Below are positions 1 to 12,102 of a DNA stretch of 64,000 nt, piece by piece. Under the pieces are notes generated by a model, which made no database searches, had not been told where the DNA came from, and worked only from the letters and a program-made list of their open reading frames with translations. The position numbers were made by a program, and so were the translations under genes. This DNA comes from Flaccisagitta enflata (taxonomy: Eukaryota), in NCBI GenBank assembly GCA_965153355.1, contig OZ231126.1, positions 18,972,001-19,036,000 on the forward strand, read 5' to 3'. The first letter of the stretch is position 1, and each line of letters opens with the position of its first letter.

Positions 1-686
1 ATGGAATGCTGTTAATTGAGTCTATTTAGGGACAATAGTACCAAAATTGCAATAATAATCATATCGAATTCAGATTTTTCAGTATTTGTTTATTTTGTCC
101 CTATTAGCCCCAAAAACACAAAAAAAGCGGGGCTAATAGGGACAGAACATATAAATATTGAAAATTTCTAAACCCGGTCTGACTATTAATGTAATTCTGG
201 TACTATTGTCCTTAAATAGACTCTTTCAACAGTATTGCATGAAAAATTATTGATCATATGACCCTTAGCATAGCTTAACATAGTGTCCCGATTAGCCCCG
301 TGTTTTTCAAAAAAATTGATTATTTACATAATTTTAGTTTGTAAACAAACTAGTTCTTTCAAAAAATCCTCATGCATGGACCTCAGAGTTACTAACTTCT
401 TTAAGTTGAAGATACCAAGAGATCACACTGATTATTTCTTCCAGTGATGAGTCAGAGCGGCAATTTTTAGGCTATGTCAATTTTTGATTTTTTCCATATT
501 GTTTGCATTTCAAGTTTAAAGCGATTTAAAACGGTTATAAAACAACATAGACTGCTGTATGTCACCTTGAATTAACTAAATATTGGACAAATGATGATAG
601 AAACAAAAAAAAGTTGACCGGGTTTAAATTATCACATTGAGAACCATTTTTTAGATTGCTGTCCCGATTAGCCCCGTGTGACGGTA
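1..686. mobile_element. Right part of a non-autonomous DNA transposon (MITE-like) in an RPB5 intron
   Basis: 1-240 forms a long imperfect fold-back centred near 120. GTCCCGATTAGCCCCGTGT recurs at ~284 and ~661. The element ends in ...TGACGGTA, a TACCGT-type terminus. Confidence 0.55.
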
Positions 687-809
687 CTGTACGTACACCT
701 CCAATTCATGATAACAAAATTTAAAAAAGAAAGATCAAATTGTAGAACTAGGAAGAAGATAAATAAAAAACGACTTGCGAGACTCATTTCCAATTGACTT
801 TTTATTTAG

Positions 810-1199
810 GTTGGCATTAAAACCATCAAGGCGTATTGTCAGCGTATGCAAGAGGAGAACATCACCCGCGCGATTATCATCGTTCAAAACGGCATGACTC
901 CATCGGCCAAGCAGTCCCTCACCGACATGCAACCCAAGTATTTGCTCGAACAGTTTCTAGAGGCGGAACTGCTGGTCAACATCACGGAACACGAATTGGT
1001 GCCGGAGCACGTGGTGCTCACCGCCGACGAAAAGACCGAACTGTTGTCCCGCTACAAACTCAAAGATGTTCAACTGCCCAAGATCCAGATGGGTGACCCG
1101 GTAGCGCGTTATTTGGGACTGAAAAGAGGTCAGGTTGTCAAAATCGTTAGACCCAGCGAAACGGCCGGGAGGTACGTCTCGTATCGTCTCGTTTGTTGA
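810..1199 (+). CDS. POLR2E: DNA-directed RNA polymerases I, II, III subunit RPABC1 (RPB5), terminal exon
   Basis: Acceptor TTTATTTAG ends at 809, then [26 protein letters not shown]...[14 protein letters not shown]...[33 protein letters not shown], the highly conserved RPB5 C-terminal half. The 5' exon(s) lie outside the window. Confidence 0.97.
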   Translation, partial: VGIKTIKAYCQRMQEENITRAIIIVQNGMTPSAKQSLTDMQPKYLLEQFLEAELLVNITEHELVPEHVVLTADEKTELLSRYKLKDVQLPKIQMGDPVARYLGLKRGQVVKIVRPSETAGRYVSYRLVC

Positions 1200-1527
1200 T
1201 TGATAGTTTATGGCTGTGTAGACGTCGATGTTCCAATCTGTTCATTCTTGTTACTGATTTTTCAATATTGTAGTAGTTCGTGAACAGTCTAGCGATGTAT
1301 GTTTTGTTTTGGAAACATACAGGGATGTTTTGTTTTCGAGTTTCGTTCCATTGAGATTCCTCACGTTGCTGTTGATATACAAAGGCTTTTCAGATCTGGA
1401 AGAGCCCTTTCTATTCTCTCAATTTTTTGTTCTTTTTGCCGTGTTTACAAGAAGCTTTGGTCATAGACTTAGTGTATATTCGAGCGAGAAAAAAAGACGA
1501 ACCTAGAAGAAGAAACTAACTGTAACA

Positions 1528-2178
1528 ATGCGTTTCCGCTTTTGCGGGGACTTGGATTGTCCCGATTGGGTCCTCGCCGAGATTCAGACTCTTTCTAAAT
1601 TGACCTCCGTGAAATTCCGACTTTTGTGTTCGCAAGTGACCAAATCTATCGTCGATACCTCCGCCAGCGCCGACGTCGACTCGTCCTCGTTGGACGTCGC
1701 CAAACTGGAGAAGCTCTGCGCCGACGCCAAATTCGAATGGAACGACGTCAAAGCCGCCGTCGCGGCGCTTCATTTCATCGTCACCAACGCCGCTAAATAC
1801 GGCGTCACTGTCGAGGAACTTTCCGACGAAATTCAGCAGTTGGGCTTGCCAAAAGAGCACGCGACTGGTTTAGGCAAAGTCTACTCCGATCACTCGTCCG
1901 CGGTTCAAAGCCGGCTGAAAGAGAAAAGCCTCAAGCTCAATTCTTTGGAGAAAGTCGACTGGCGAGTGGATTACGTGTTGGGATCGAGCGTCGAACCGGA
2001 AACGAACCTTCAACCGGAAGTGCATCTCCGCCTTGATGTCAGGGACGCCGATTCGGATAAAATCACGTCTTTAGGATTCAGCATGGATCCGGAACAATGC
2101 CGATTGCTTTTGCACGAACTAACTGCAGCCGAGAAAATAATGAGTAAACTGGCCTTTGACGGGCCGTCGGGGTCTTAG
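1528..2178 (+). CDS. COMMD4: COMM domain-containing protein 4, intronless CDS
   Basis: N-terminus MRFRFCGDLDCPDWVLAEI is diagnostic of COMMD4. Also QQLGLPKEH and the COMM-domain motif VDWRVDYVLGSS...PEVHLRL. 216 aa. Confidence 0.95.
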   Translation: MRFRFCGDLDCPDWVLAEIQTLSKLTSVKFRLLCSQVTKSIVDTSASADVDSSSLDVAKLEKLCADAKFEWNDVKAAVAALHFIVTNAAKYGVTVEELSDEIQQLGLPKEHATGLGKVYSDHSSAVQSRLKEKSLKLNSLEKVDWRVDYVLGSSVEPETNLQPEVHLRLDVRDADSDKITSLGFSMDPEQCRLLLHELTAAEKIMSKLAFDGPSGS

Positions 2179-2196
2179 CCTCTTTTGAGACAAGAT

Positions 2197-2315
2197 CTAA
2201 CAAGGCCAAGTAGGCCCATAAGGTGTGGATCGTCGAACGAATGTGTTACTGACAGACCGACCGACCAACCATCAGACACAGCCAGATATAGAGGTGCTCT
2301 GTCGCACCTAAAAAC
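2197..2315 (-). mobile_element. Short Helentron-associated (HINE/DINE-1-like) element just downstream of COMMD4
   Basis: AACAAGGCC end, (GACC)n microsatellite and an AGAGGTGCTCTGTCGCACCTA hairpin that also occurs at ~42990. Confidence 0.45.
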
Positions 2316-2537
2316 TAGGACAAAAACGAACAAAAATTTAGGAAAAAAGTCATGAGCGGAGAATAATAAGACTTAATCATCGAAAATTTTCTCTATCTCC
2401 TTTGCAAAATTTGGTGACAATCTTTTTGATGAAACCATGAATCTGTGATCTATTGGAACGTCTATCCATAATATTCAGATTATCGTCCCCCTCTTAATCC
2501 GTTGAGGGACTCCCTTGGTGAATTTGTTTCGTACCTT

Positions 2538-3828
2538 TTTGTCCTCGACGATCAGTTTACGTCGAGGACTATAACATAGTACTGATCGTGTAGTAAGCCG
2601 TTTGTCGTTTGTCTCAACCCTTAAAAACTTGAGAACCACAACTCAGATGTTGATGAAACTTGGTCAGTGTTATTTTTAGGGCATTACTAACCTGTGTACC
2701 AACTTTCGACAACATTCATAGATATTTAATACCCTTTGCCTATTATTTTTGTAGTAATATTAATTCCTGGACTTGTGCAATTTACATAGGGGAAGGGTAG
2801 TAAAGGTTCACCAATGTTGTTCAAACTTGTTGTGAAGGTTTATTGCATCAATTAAAGCTCCCCTGCAAGATTTCAGATAATTCTGAGTATTGGTTTAGAA
2901 GATATAAGGGTATTTTGCTAGTAATATTAATTCCTAGACTTGTGCAATTTACATAGGGGAATGGTAGTAAAGGTTCACTAATGTTGTTCAAACTTGTTGT
3001 GAAAGTTCATTGCATCAATTAAAGCTCCCCTGCAAGATTTCAGTAAATTCTGAGTATTGGTTAAGAAAATATAAGGGTATTTATGATGTATATAGTAACA
3101 TTATTTCTTGGACTTAAAAAAATTTTTTTTTTTTTTTGAAAAAAAAAAACAAATTTTTAAAATTAAAAAAAAAAAACAAATTTTTTTTTGGAAATTTTGG
3201 TTTGAAAAAAAAATTTTTTTGAAATTTTTTTTTTTTTGGAAAAAAATTTTTTTTTTGACATTTTTTTTTTTTGAAAATTTTTTTTCTTTTTTTTTGAAAT
3301 ATTTTTTTTTCTTTGAAAAAAAAATTTTTTTTTTTGAATTTTTTTCTTTTTGAAATTTTTTTTTCTTTTGAAAAATTTGAAACTTTTTTGTTATCTTTTT
3401 TGTTGGATTATAAGGTATGCTTTCATGGACTTCAAGGAATGCCATCATGGGCTTTAAGGTATGCCATCATGGGCTGCAAGGTATGCAATTGGAAGCTGGG
3501 TCAGACTGAGTAGCCGAGTCAGACTGAGTAGCAGGGTCAGACTGAGTAGCCGGGTCAGACTGAGTAGCCGGGTCAGACTGAGTAGCCGGGTCAGACTGAG
3601 TAGCCGGGTCAGACTGAGTAGCCGGGTCAGACTGAGTAGCCGGGTCAGACTGAGTAGCCGGGTCAGACTGAGTAGCCGGGTCAGACTGAGTAGCCGGGTC
3701 AGACTGAGTAGCCGGGTCAGACTGAGTAGCCGGGTCAGAGTGAGTAGCCGGGTCAGAGTGAGTAGCCGGGTCAGAGTGAGTAGCCGGGTCAGACACCAAA
3801 TAGACTACAGTCGAGGACTGTTGTTTTT
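2538..3828. mobile_element. HINE-like element with GTCCTCGAC/GTCGAGGAC subterminal inverted repeats, an internal ~177-bp duplication and an 18-bp tandem array
   Basis: GTCCTCGAC...GTCGAGGAC hairpin at 2541-2569 and GTCGAGGAC again at ~3810. Both ends are T-rich. ~2750-2920 is duplicated at ~2920-3085. Confidence 0.5.
3498..3793. repeat. 18-bp minisatellite (GGGTCAGACTGAGTAGCC) x ~16
   Basis: Near-perfect tandem copies seen directly. Confidence 0.95.
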
Positions 3829-3851
3829 AAGCTTTTTACACTCTACTGCTA

Positions 3852-4945
3852 TACACTTTTTGGGCAGCGGCCCCAAAGGGGACGAAGTCCTGTAGAACAC
3901 AGGGGACTTTCGTTCGTTCGTTCGTCCGTCCGTTTGTTCGTCCCCCCCTCCCCCGGCCCTCTCAAGGCTGAAATCTACTCTCTTAGGCCTGAAATCTGCC
4001 CTCTCAGGCCTTGAATCCGCCCTCTCAGGCCTTGAATCTGCCTTTTCAGGCCTTGAATCTGCCTTCTCAGGCCCTGAATCTGCCTTTTCAGGCCTTGAAT
4101 CTACCTTCTCAGGCCCTGAATCTGCCCTCCCTGGCTTAAAATCTGCCCTCTCAGGTCTGATATCTGCCCTCTCAGGCCCTCTCAGGCACTAAATTTGTCC
4201 TCTCAGATTCAAGGCATGAGAGGGCAAATTCCAGGCCTGAGAGGGTAGAATTCAGCCCTGAGAGGGCAGATTTCTGGCCTGAGAGAGCATGAGGGGGACA
4301 GAAGAATGAACAAATTGACAGGCGAACAAACAAGTCCCCTGTGTTCTACAGGACTTCGTCCCCTTCGGGGCCGCTGCCCTGCTTCCCCACACACCAATTC
4401 ACAATCATGCAAAGCAGGGCAACGGGTATCGCTGACCATATATTGCCCTTGGGCGACCTGTTTTATTTTATAAGAACCAAGTTTATAAGAACGTTAGGCT
4501 TCAAATCATCAAAAATTTAAGAACATGCTAAGAACATTCAAAGGCTTTATTTCTTCAAAAATTTAAGAACATTAAGCTTAAAATCTTAAAAATTTAAGAA
4601 CATTTTTTCTCTGGGCTTTTTTCAATCGATTGTTCTTTGTAAATCAAGAGACTCTGTTCAGCAAATCAAGTTCCATTTTATATAGTATATATCTTTCTAC
4701 TTTTATTAATCTTTTTATTCACTTATAATGTTTAAACCTGCTGCTTTGTTATTTCATTGACATTTTCCTTTATTTTCTTATTAATAACAAACATAAAATA
4801 ATTAAAAATGTTCTTAATTGAAGGTTAAAAAGTGTGTTTAAATTAAGAACAATTTAAGAACGTTCAAGCCTTGAAACCGCTCAAAATTTAAGAACATTGA
4901 AGGCTTGCTCAAAAAATGACGTTCTTATAAAATAAAAAAAGTGTA
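3852..4945. mobile_element. TA-flanked MITE (TACACTTTT...TATAAGAAC termini), interrupted by family A element
   Basis: TACACTTTT at 3852 and AAAAAGTGTA at 4945. The same family occurs at 8680-9175, 22092-22510 and 33054-33490. Confidence 0.75.
3862..4460 (+). mobile_element. HINE/DINE-1-like family A (GGGCAGCGGCCCC...CTGTAGAACACAGGG inverted repeat)
   Basis: The 5' motif is inverted near 4337-4380, with a (CGTY)n microsatellite and degenerate internal tandem repeats. It is inserted in the T-run of a MITE terminus. Other copies at ~10118-10420, 47025-47592, 48720-48860, 59505-60106 and 62990-63996. Confidence 0.7.
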
Positions 4946-5130
4946 ATCATTCACACGCGTTTACATGTTGAAAATCATTTCCAATTTTACATTTTCTATA
5001 AGTGGTCATGTAGAGCTACGAGGTGGGATACATTGAACTTGGTTTACTATTGAGTGTTTCCAAGTAAACATTTTCAAATCGACCTTGACCATCGAGAGCA
5101 ACCACTCAAGCTGCGGATTTGTTTGTCGCT

Positions 5131-8100
5131 ATGGATACGGACGAGGAAGGCGAAGAGTCATCCTCGCGGCCACGATCGCCGGCGCGTCGACGGCGTCGCG
5201 ATGAGGATGATGACGATGACGACGTCAGCGGGGGCGGCGGGGGCGAGCGTCATCCGACTGGGGAGGACCTTTCCCACAGGATCGTGGAACTAAGAACGCC
5301 CTCGTCGGAAGCAAATGATCCGAGACCTAGCTCTTCAGGTGTGTCTCGAAGGGGGATGACATTTCTCATTTTGGCTTCATTCTGCGTTCCGATATAATAT
5401 TTACTCAACTAGCACATTAAGTGTATGTAGGAGTACTTAGAGCATTTGACGTTTGATTTATTTACCTAGCGTTGTAAATTTACTCTACTTGAATAGGTCC
5501 GAAGTGTCCCAAACACCCTGCCCTTTCCCTCTCTGACTCCGGATGATTCAGTTTTTTTAAGCTCAGGGTTTTCCCACTCCATACTTTTTCATGACTTGTG
5601 ACAACATTGCCCTTTATATATAGCCCTTTATATATTGCCCTTTATATGTAGTTCACCTATCCTTCACACCTTTCAGGTTCTCTTTCATACCCTTCTATTA
5701 TTTTAACCTATCGTCTACGGATACCATTTGCTTCTTTGTCTTCTGCTCCAGGATTGAATCACATTCGTAGTCCGAATGTTTCGTTGCTTTCCTCCCCGGA
5801 TTATTACCAAGCGGAAGATCACAACGGTCTCATCACCGTCAATCGTTCTCTCGGCGTGGTTCGGAGTAGAGCCCAAGCGAGTCCCGACGAACCGCCGCTG
5901 ATTCGTCGACGACTGAATCCCAACGACGAACCGCCGAGGCTCCACTCCAGAACCGGCCTTCATCGATTAGCGAGAAGGGTCAATGAGAGAAGCAGGTACG
6001 AAACCAACGCGTATGAAAACTGATTTGTGACAAACTAATTTGCATCTTCTCTTAGTTGCAATGAACGTACTGTGCGTTGACAAAATGAAAAAAAAAATCA
6101 ATTTTGTTGACTGAATATTTCTTCTTCTTCCTTTTGACAGCCGTCGTGTTGACGCCGTCCCGTCCTCTTCATCGCGTTTCGCCGTCGAGTCTCTGCCGGA
6201 AGACGAGTTCCGTATCGCGTCCTCTTCATCATCATCCTCAACGCATCACAGAAACGTTCAACCAAGACGCCGACTCAACGACGACGATGACGATGACGAC
6301 GACGACGTGGAAGATGATGGCGTCGTGGTCGGAGACAGACTAGCGGATGGTGAAGGCGGAGCGGACAATCAACGTGGTGGAGGTAGTGGTGGAGGAGGCA
6401 GAGACGACCCGTCCAGGCGAAGAGATCCGAGAGAAGAGGTGGAAGACGAACCGCTCATAATACTCGACCCATATGGCGTGGATGGATCGGATCCACCGAT
6501 TGGAGCCCCTCTTGATCTGCGGCGTGAATTAGTACCGGGTGAGAGCGACGCCAGTGCGGCGAGATATGAGTTTATTCTCGATATGAATAATTGAACACGA
6601 TGAAAAATTGAAAAGTAGTTTGCATTAACCGAATATTTAAATGACACGTGTCTTTCCATCTCTTTACAGTTTTAGCTGGGCCGTCCGACCGTAACGCGTC
6701 GGGTCTTGGTCCTCCGGTTGCCGTTGATGTGGACGGAGACGGGCCAGCTGATGTTGGAGACGCTGTTGCCCGAGCGGCGCCTGAGGGAGAACGCGTACAA
6801 ATGCAAGTATTTCAAGAGGAAGTGGACGACGATGAAGAGGAAGAAGAGGTTGAAACAGTGGAAGATAGCGCGCCGGAAGACGAGGGCGATCCACCGCCGG
6901 GTAAATCTCTACCTTTCTTCCTCATTTCTGTTACCTTTCTTTCTCATTTCTGCTACCTTTCTTTCTCATTTTTGTTACCTTTCTTTCTCATTTCTGTTAC
7001 CTTTCTTTCTCATTTCTGTTACCTTTCTGCCTCATTTCTGCTCTTTCCTCCCTTCCGACTTCTTTTTCACTCATTTTTTTTTTCTCTCACCTTTTCTTGT
7101 CTCCTTTCACCTTCCTCCTACTTTCTCTCAACTTCCTCCTTTCTACCTATTTCCTCCTTTCTACCTATTTCCTCCTTTCCTCACCTTCTTCCTCCTTTCT
7201 CTCAACTAAAGTTCCTCTTTCTCTCAGGTTTCCCCTTTCGCCTTCGTTCTACTAGCTACTTTCTCCTTCCTCCTCTCCCCTTCTTCCTGGTTTGTCAAAC
7301 CTTCTTTGTTCTTTCTCACCTTTATCAAGATTCTTGGTTCTTTCTCATCTTCCTCAAGATTCTTATCACCATTTTCCTGCTTTCTTTCACCTTCTTCCTC
7401 CTTTCTCCTTTTTTCTCCTTTACTTTCTTCCTCCTATCCTTTACCTTCTTCCTCCCATCTTTTATCTTCTTCCTCTCATCTTTTACTTTCTTCCCCCCTT
7501 CTTTTAACTTCCTCCCCCCGCTCCCTTCTTTTACCCTCTTCCTTTCTCTCAACGTCCTTTTGCTTCTTCTTTCTCTTTTCTGTCGCCCCTCTTCCTCCTT
7601 TCTCGAACCTTCTTCCTCCTCTCCCCTTCTTCCTGGTTTGTTTCACCTTCTTTGTTCTTTCTCACCTTACTCTTCTCAAGATTCTTATCACCTTTTTCCT
7701 GCTTTCGTTCACCTCCTTTCTCCTTTTACCTTTTTTCTCCTTTTTATTTCTTCTGCCTATCGTTTACCTTTTTCCTCCCATCTTTTATCTTCTTCCTCCC
7801 ATCTTCTACTTTATTCCTCGTCCTTTCTCTCAACGTCCTTTTGCCTACTCTTTTTCTGTCGCCCTTCTTCCTCGTTTCTCTCACCCTCTGTCCCATATTC
7901 TTCACCTTCTTTCTCTTCTCTTATTTGTTTCGCCCTTCACAAGTTTCTTACCTTTATTTTCCATTGACGGTAACGCCGGCAGGTGGCGCTGAAGTGACCG
8001 ACGACGAAAGTGAAGATGAAGAAGACGATGTCGAGTCAGACGCTGCCACTGCGGGAAGTAGCCTCTCTGAGTCTCGCGAACGTGCGCTTAGCGTCGCTCT

Positions 8101-9408
8101 TCATCCCTTGCGAGTCCCGTCCCCTCTCATCCAAACTCGCCCCAGTGTTGCACCAGCGCTTAATCGACCTACCGTTTCCAGCGTTCCAGTTCTACCCTCT
8201 TCCTCCTCATCCTCCTCCGCCGCCGCAGCCCCCGTCGCTCTTCCGTTATTCCCTCCCGTGTCCGCTGGATTCGCTCCTTCCGCTGCCTCGGCTTTCGCTC
8301 AACCGTCCGACGGCGAGGCTAGTGACGTTACTTCGTCGAGGAATGATCGCGACGTCATGCCTCCCCCGGCACCTACGGCAAATGCAGCAGGTGAACGTCA
8401 ACCTTTCAACAGGGCGATTTATGAGGGAGCCAAATGCTTCTTGTACTTATGGGAAGATGGAACTCCTTAGTCAATTTCATTGACATGATCACGTTGATGA
8501 TTCTGTGACTTAATTGGTGACTTTGTTTACTTGGTAAAAGATCTTGTCTGTTGTTAAAGTACCGAAAGTGATTGAGCTGGTCAGTACCGTGCAAGGCCGG
8601 GCGATTCGTATTGGGTATTGTATTGTATTTACAATACTTGTAAGTATTGGGTTTACCCAATACTTACTATGGTTATTGTTACACTTATTTTTTTTATAAG
8701 AACCAAGTTTATAAGAACGTTAGGCTTCAAATCGTCAAAAATTTAAGAACATGCTAAGAACATTGGAAGGCTTCATTTCTTGAAAAAATTGAGAACACTA
8801 GGCTTGAAATCTTAAAAATCTAAGAACATTTTTTTTCTGTTTTTTTTTAAATCAATTGTTCTTTGTAAATGGACAGACTCAATATCTTTTCTGTTCAGCA
8901 AATCATGTCTCACTTTATATAGCATATATTTTTCTACTTTTATTGATCTTAATTCATTTAAAATGTTAAAATCTACTTCTTTATTGTTTCATTGACATTT
9001 TCCTACATTTTCTCCTTAATGACCAACTTAAAACTAATTAAGAACGTTCTTAATTGAAGGCTAAAAAGTGTGTTTGAATTAAGAACAATTTAAGAACGTT
9101 CAAGCCTTGAAACTGCTGAAAATTTAAGAATATTGAAGGCTTGCTCAAAAAATGACGTTCTTATAAAAAAGTGTATTTTCCCAATACAATACAAAACTAA
9201 AATTTTTTTTTGAGAAAATAGTAAAATTCTTAGGAAGGTCAAACAGACAGGTGAAAAATAAAAAAAGGGAAGAAGAAGAGGATAAGGTAAGGTGGATGAG
9301 GAGAGATCGATTTTTTAGGAAGTGCAGAAAAAAACTGAAAAAGAAGAGGATAAGGAGAAGGAAAGATCGATTTTCCCTCAGATCTAATCCTGGGTCAGTA
9401 CACTCAAG

Positions 9409-9499
<91 letters not shown>

Positions 9500-12032
9500 A
9501 GGGAGAAAGAAAAAGAGAGAGAGAGAGACACAGAGAGAGACACAAGAGAGACACACACACACAGGGACAAGCACAGACAAAGAGACTTTGCTAAAGAAGC
9601 AAAGATAAAAGATATATAAAAAAAAATATTGATACATATATAAAAGTTAAAAAAAATATTCAAAAATTCCTTTTTGATCAAGCATTTAACAAATGAGTTA
9701 AAGCTTAAACTATTTATTTAAGATTCAACAAAGATTTTTAGTTGCGGACACGCAACTCTATAAAAGGCTTTGTCTGTCCGTCCCTCCGTCCGTCCCTCCG
9801 TCCGTCCGTCGGTCCGTCCGTCGGTCCGTAACCATCGAGTCGAAAAGTGGGAAAACGTGCATTTCCGCCCCTGCCCACCCGTCCGCAATTGATGGCCGTG
9901 TATCCGGCCTTGTTTATTAAGTGAATTAAAATATTGTTACATATTGGGGACAATTCTTTAAGATATTGTATTGGTATTATATTGTATTGGCCCAATACTT
10001 TGAAAAAATTGTATAGTGTATTGTATTGTTAAAGAAAATGCAAAATCGCCCGGGCTTGGTACCGTGATGCAAATTTATCTACCGTCAATTCTACTTAACT
10101 TCCCCTGCCCTCCTTTTGGGCAGCGGCCCCAAGGGATCGATGACCTATGCTTTCACTCCTTCTCCGTTTCTCCCCCCCCCCCCCCTCCCCCTGCCAGATT
10201 TGGCCAGATTTGGCCAAATTCGGCTTAAATTGGTCATTCTACCTGCTTCCAGGAAGAGGAGGAGGAGGAGAAATTCCTCATATCATCACATGTGTGAAAG
10301 GATAGGTCATCTTCTTCTTCAGGGCCATTGCCATTGCCCTGCACCCTCTCTCAATCTTAATCACAAACTACTGAAGCAGGGCATGGGTACCACTGACCAA
10401 CTGACGCTTTTGCGACTATTTCCATTCCTCTGCGACAGGTAACTCGGCGCCACCTGCGAGAGAAGACGCCTCATCTCCCGGTAGATTCGAAGAGAAATTG
10501 AGCCACACCAACCATTGTCCTCACATTTTGTCGGGTTTGTGGGGTCTACGACAGGAAGGAGTGCTCTGCGACTTTACGCTCATCGCCGATGGTCAACATT
10601 TCCCCGTCCACAAAATCGTCCTTTGCGCTAGCAGGTGGTCCAAGCTCTAAAATCAGGACAGATCTCTACATTAGAGACAGGGAAGAGACTGAAAGACAGG
10701 ACAGACAGGATAGACAAGAGACGGGCACACAGGACAGACAGACCGAGGCACAGGACAGACAGACCGAGGCACAGGACAGACTGAGACAGGACAGACACTG
10801 AAAGACTGACTAGACAGACTGAGAGACTAAGATTTCGGTCTTTCAATCCAGTGATTATTTCCGGGCGATGTTCACTCAAAATTTGGTCGAGTCGCGGGCG
10901 GAGTCAGTGGAGTTACACGGCGTCACATCCGGGGGACTGCGCGCCCTTCTCAATTTCATCTACACGGGTGACCTCGTAGTCTCACTCGATTCGGTGGCGG
11001 AGATAGTCGGCGCAGCAACGCATTTACAGGTTCGCTCGGAGATGTGGGATTGTGTGAACTCTGCGCCGCGTGTTTATTTGCGAGAAAGAGATGTGCCTGC
11101 CCGATGCTGATCTCATAGCGTGTGTAAAATCAGGCCACAGCTAGTCGTGGCAGTAAAAAAGCCGCGACTGAAAACTTTTGTTGGTAGGTATGATGAGATG
11201 ATTTGTGGTACATATCGCGACGACGCTGTGCTGGTGCACGACAGCCTATGCCAGGATGTGCTTGCACTCTCAGGTGTTGGAAGTCGTGCGAATGTGCTCC
11301 ACTTACTTGAAGCGCCATTTGGGATTGGACAACTGCGTCGACGTTTTGGGCCTAGCCGAGTTGTACAGCTTAAATCGGTTGAAGGACCACGCGCTACAAT
11401 TTCTCTGTCAAAACTTGCAAGAATTCATTTCTGAAGGTGAGTAATTGACGACCTCGGACGCTTAGGCTAATGAATACGAATTAATCCTTTGAAACTATAT
11501 CTATTTCTTCCGTTCCTCCTTTACAGAGAATAACGAGGGGAACCTGCAACAACTTCATCGATTGACCCACGATCAGCTTCAGATCATTCTGCGAAGTGAC
11601 TCCTTGCAAGTGTCCCGGGAAGTGGAGGTCTTTCAAGTTGCCGTCAAATGGTTGAAGTGAGTTTATTATTCTACTCTGTACAGACCATAGTGACATATAA
11701 GAAGTTAACCACCCAATAAGTGTGTACCCCCCTACAGATTTGATTATTTTATTAATAGATATTAGATAATTAGATTGAATCAAAATTTATGTAAATATAA
11801 TTAGTTTTATCAGGGTGATTTTTGAAATTCATTCATAAGCTTGAGTTATAGCTCGTTAAACAGTAAAAATGTGTAATATTTTAATGTATTATCAGGGTTG
11901 GAAGGGTGCAGCGATGTATGGCAAGGGACTGCAGGGACATCACGTTACGTCCCTGCTCTCGGGCTTGAAAGTTTGTCGGGCTTGAAAATGTGAAAAATGT
12001 GAAAATGTGAAAAAATTTTGAAGAAAGGGAGG

Positions 12033-12102
<70 letters not shown>

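Noticed and set aside
6901-7982. 439-aa and other F/L/S-rich ORFs resembling membrane proteins
   Set aside because: Stop-poor pyrimidine-rich intron bounded by good GT/AG sites.
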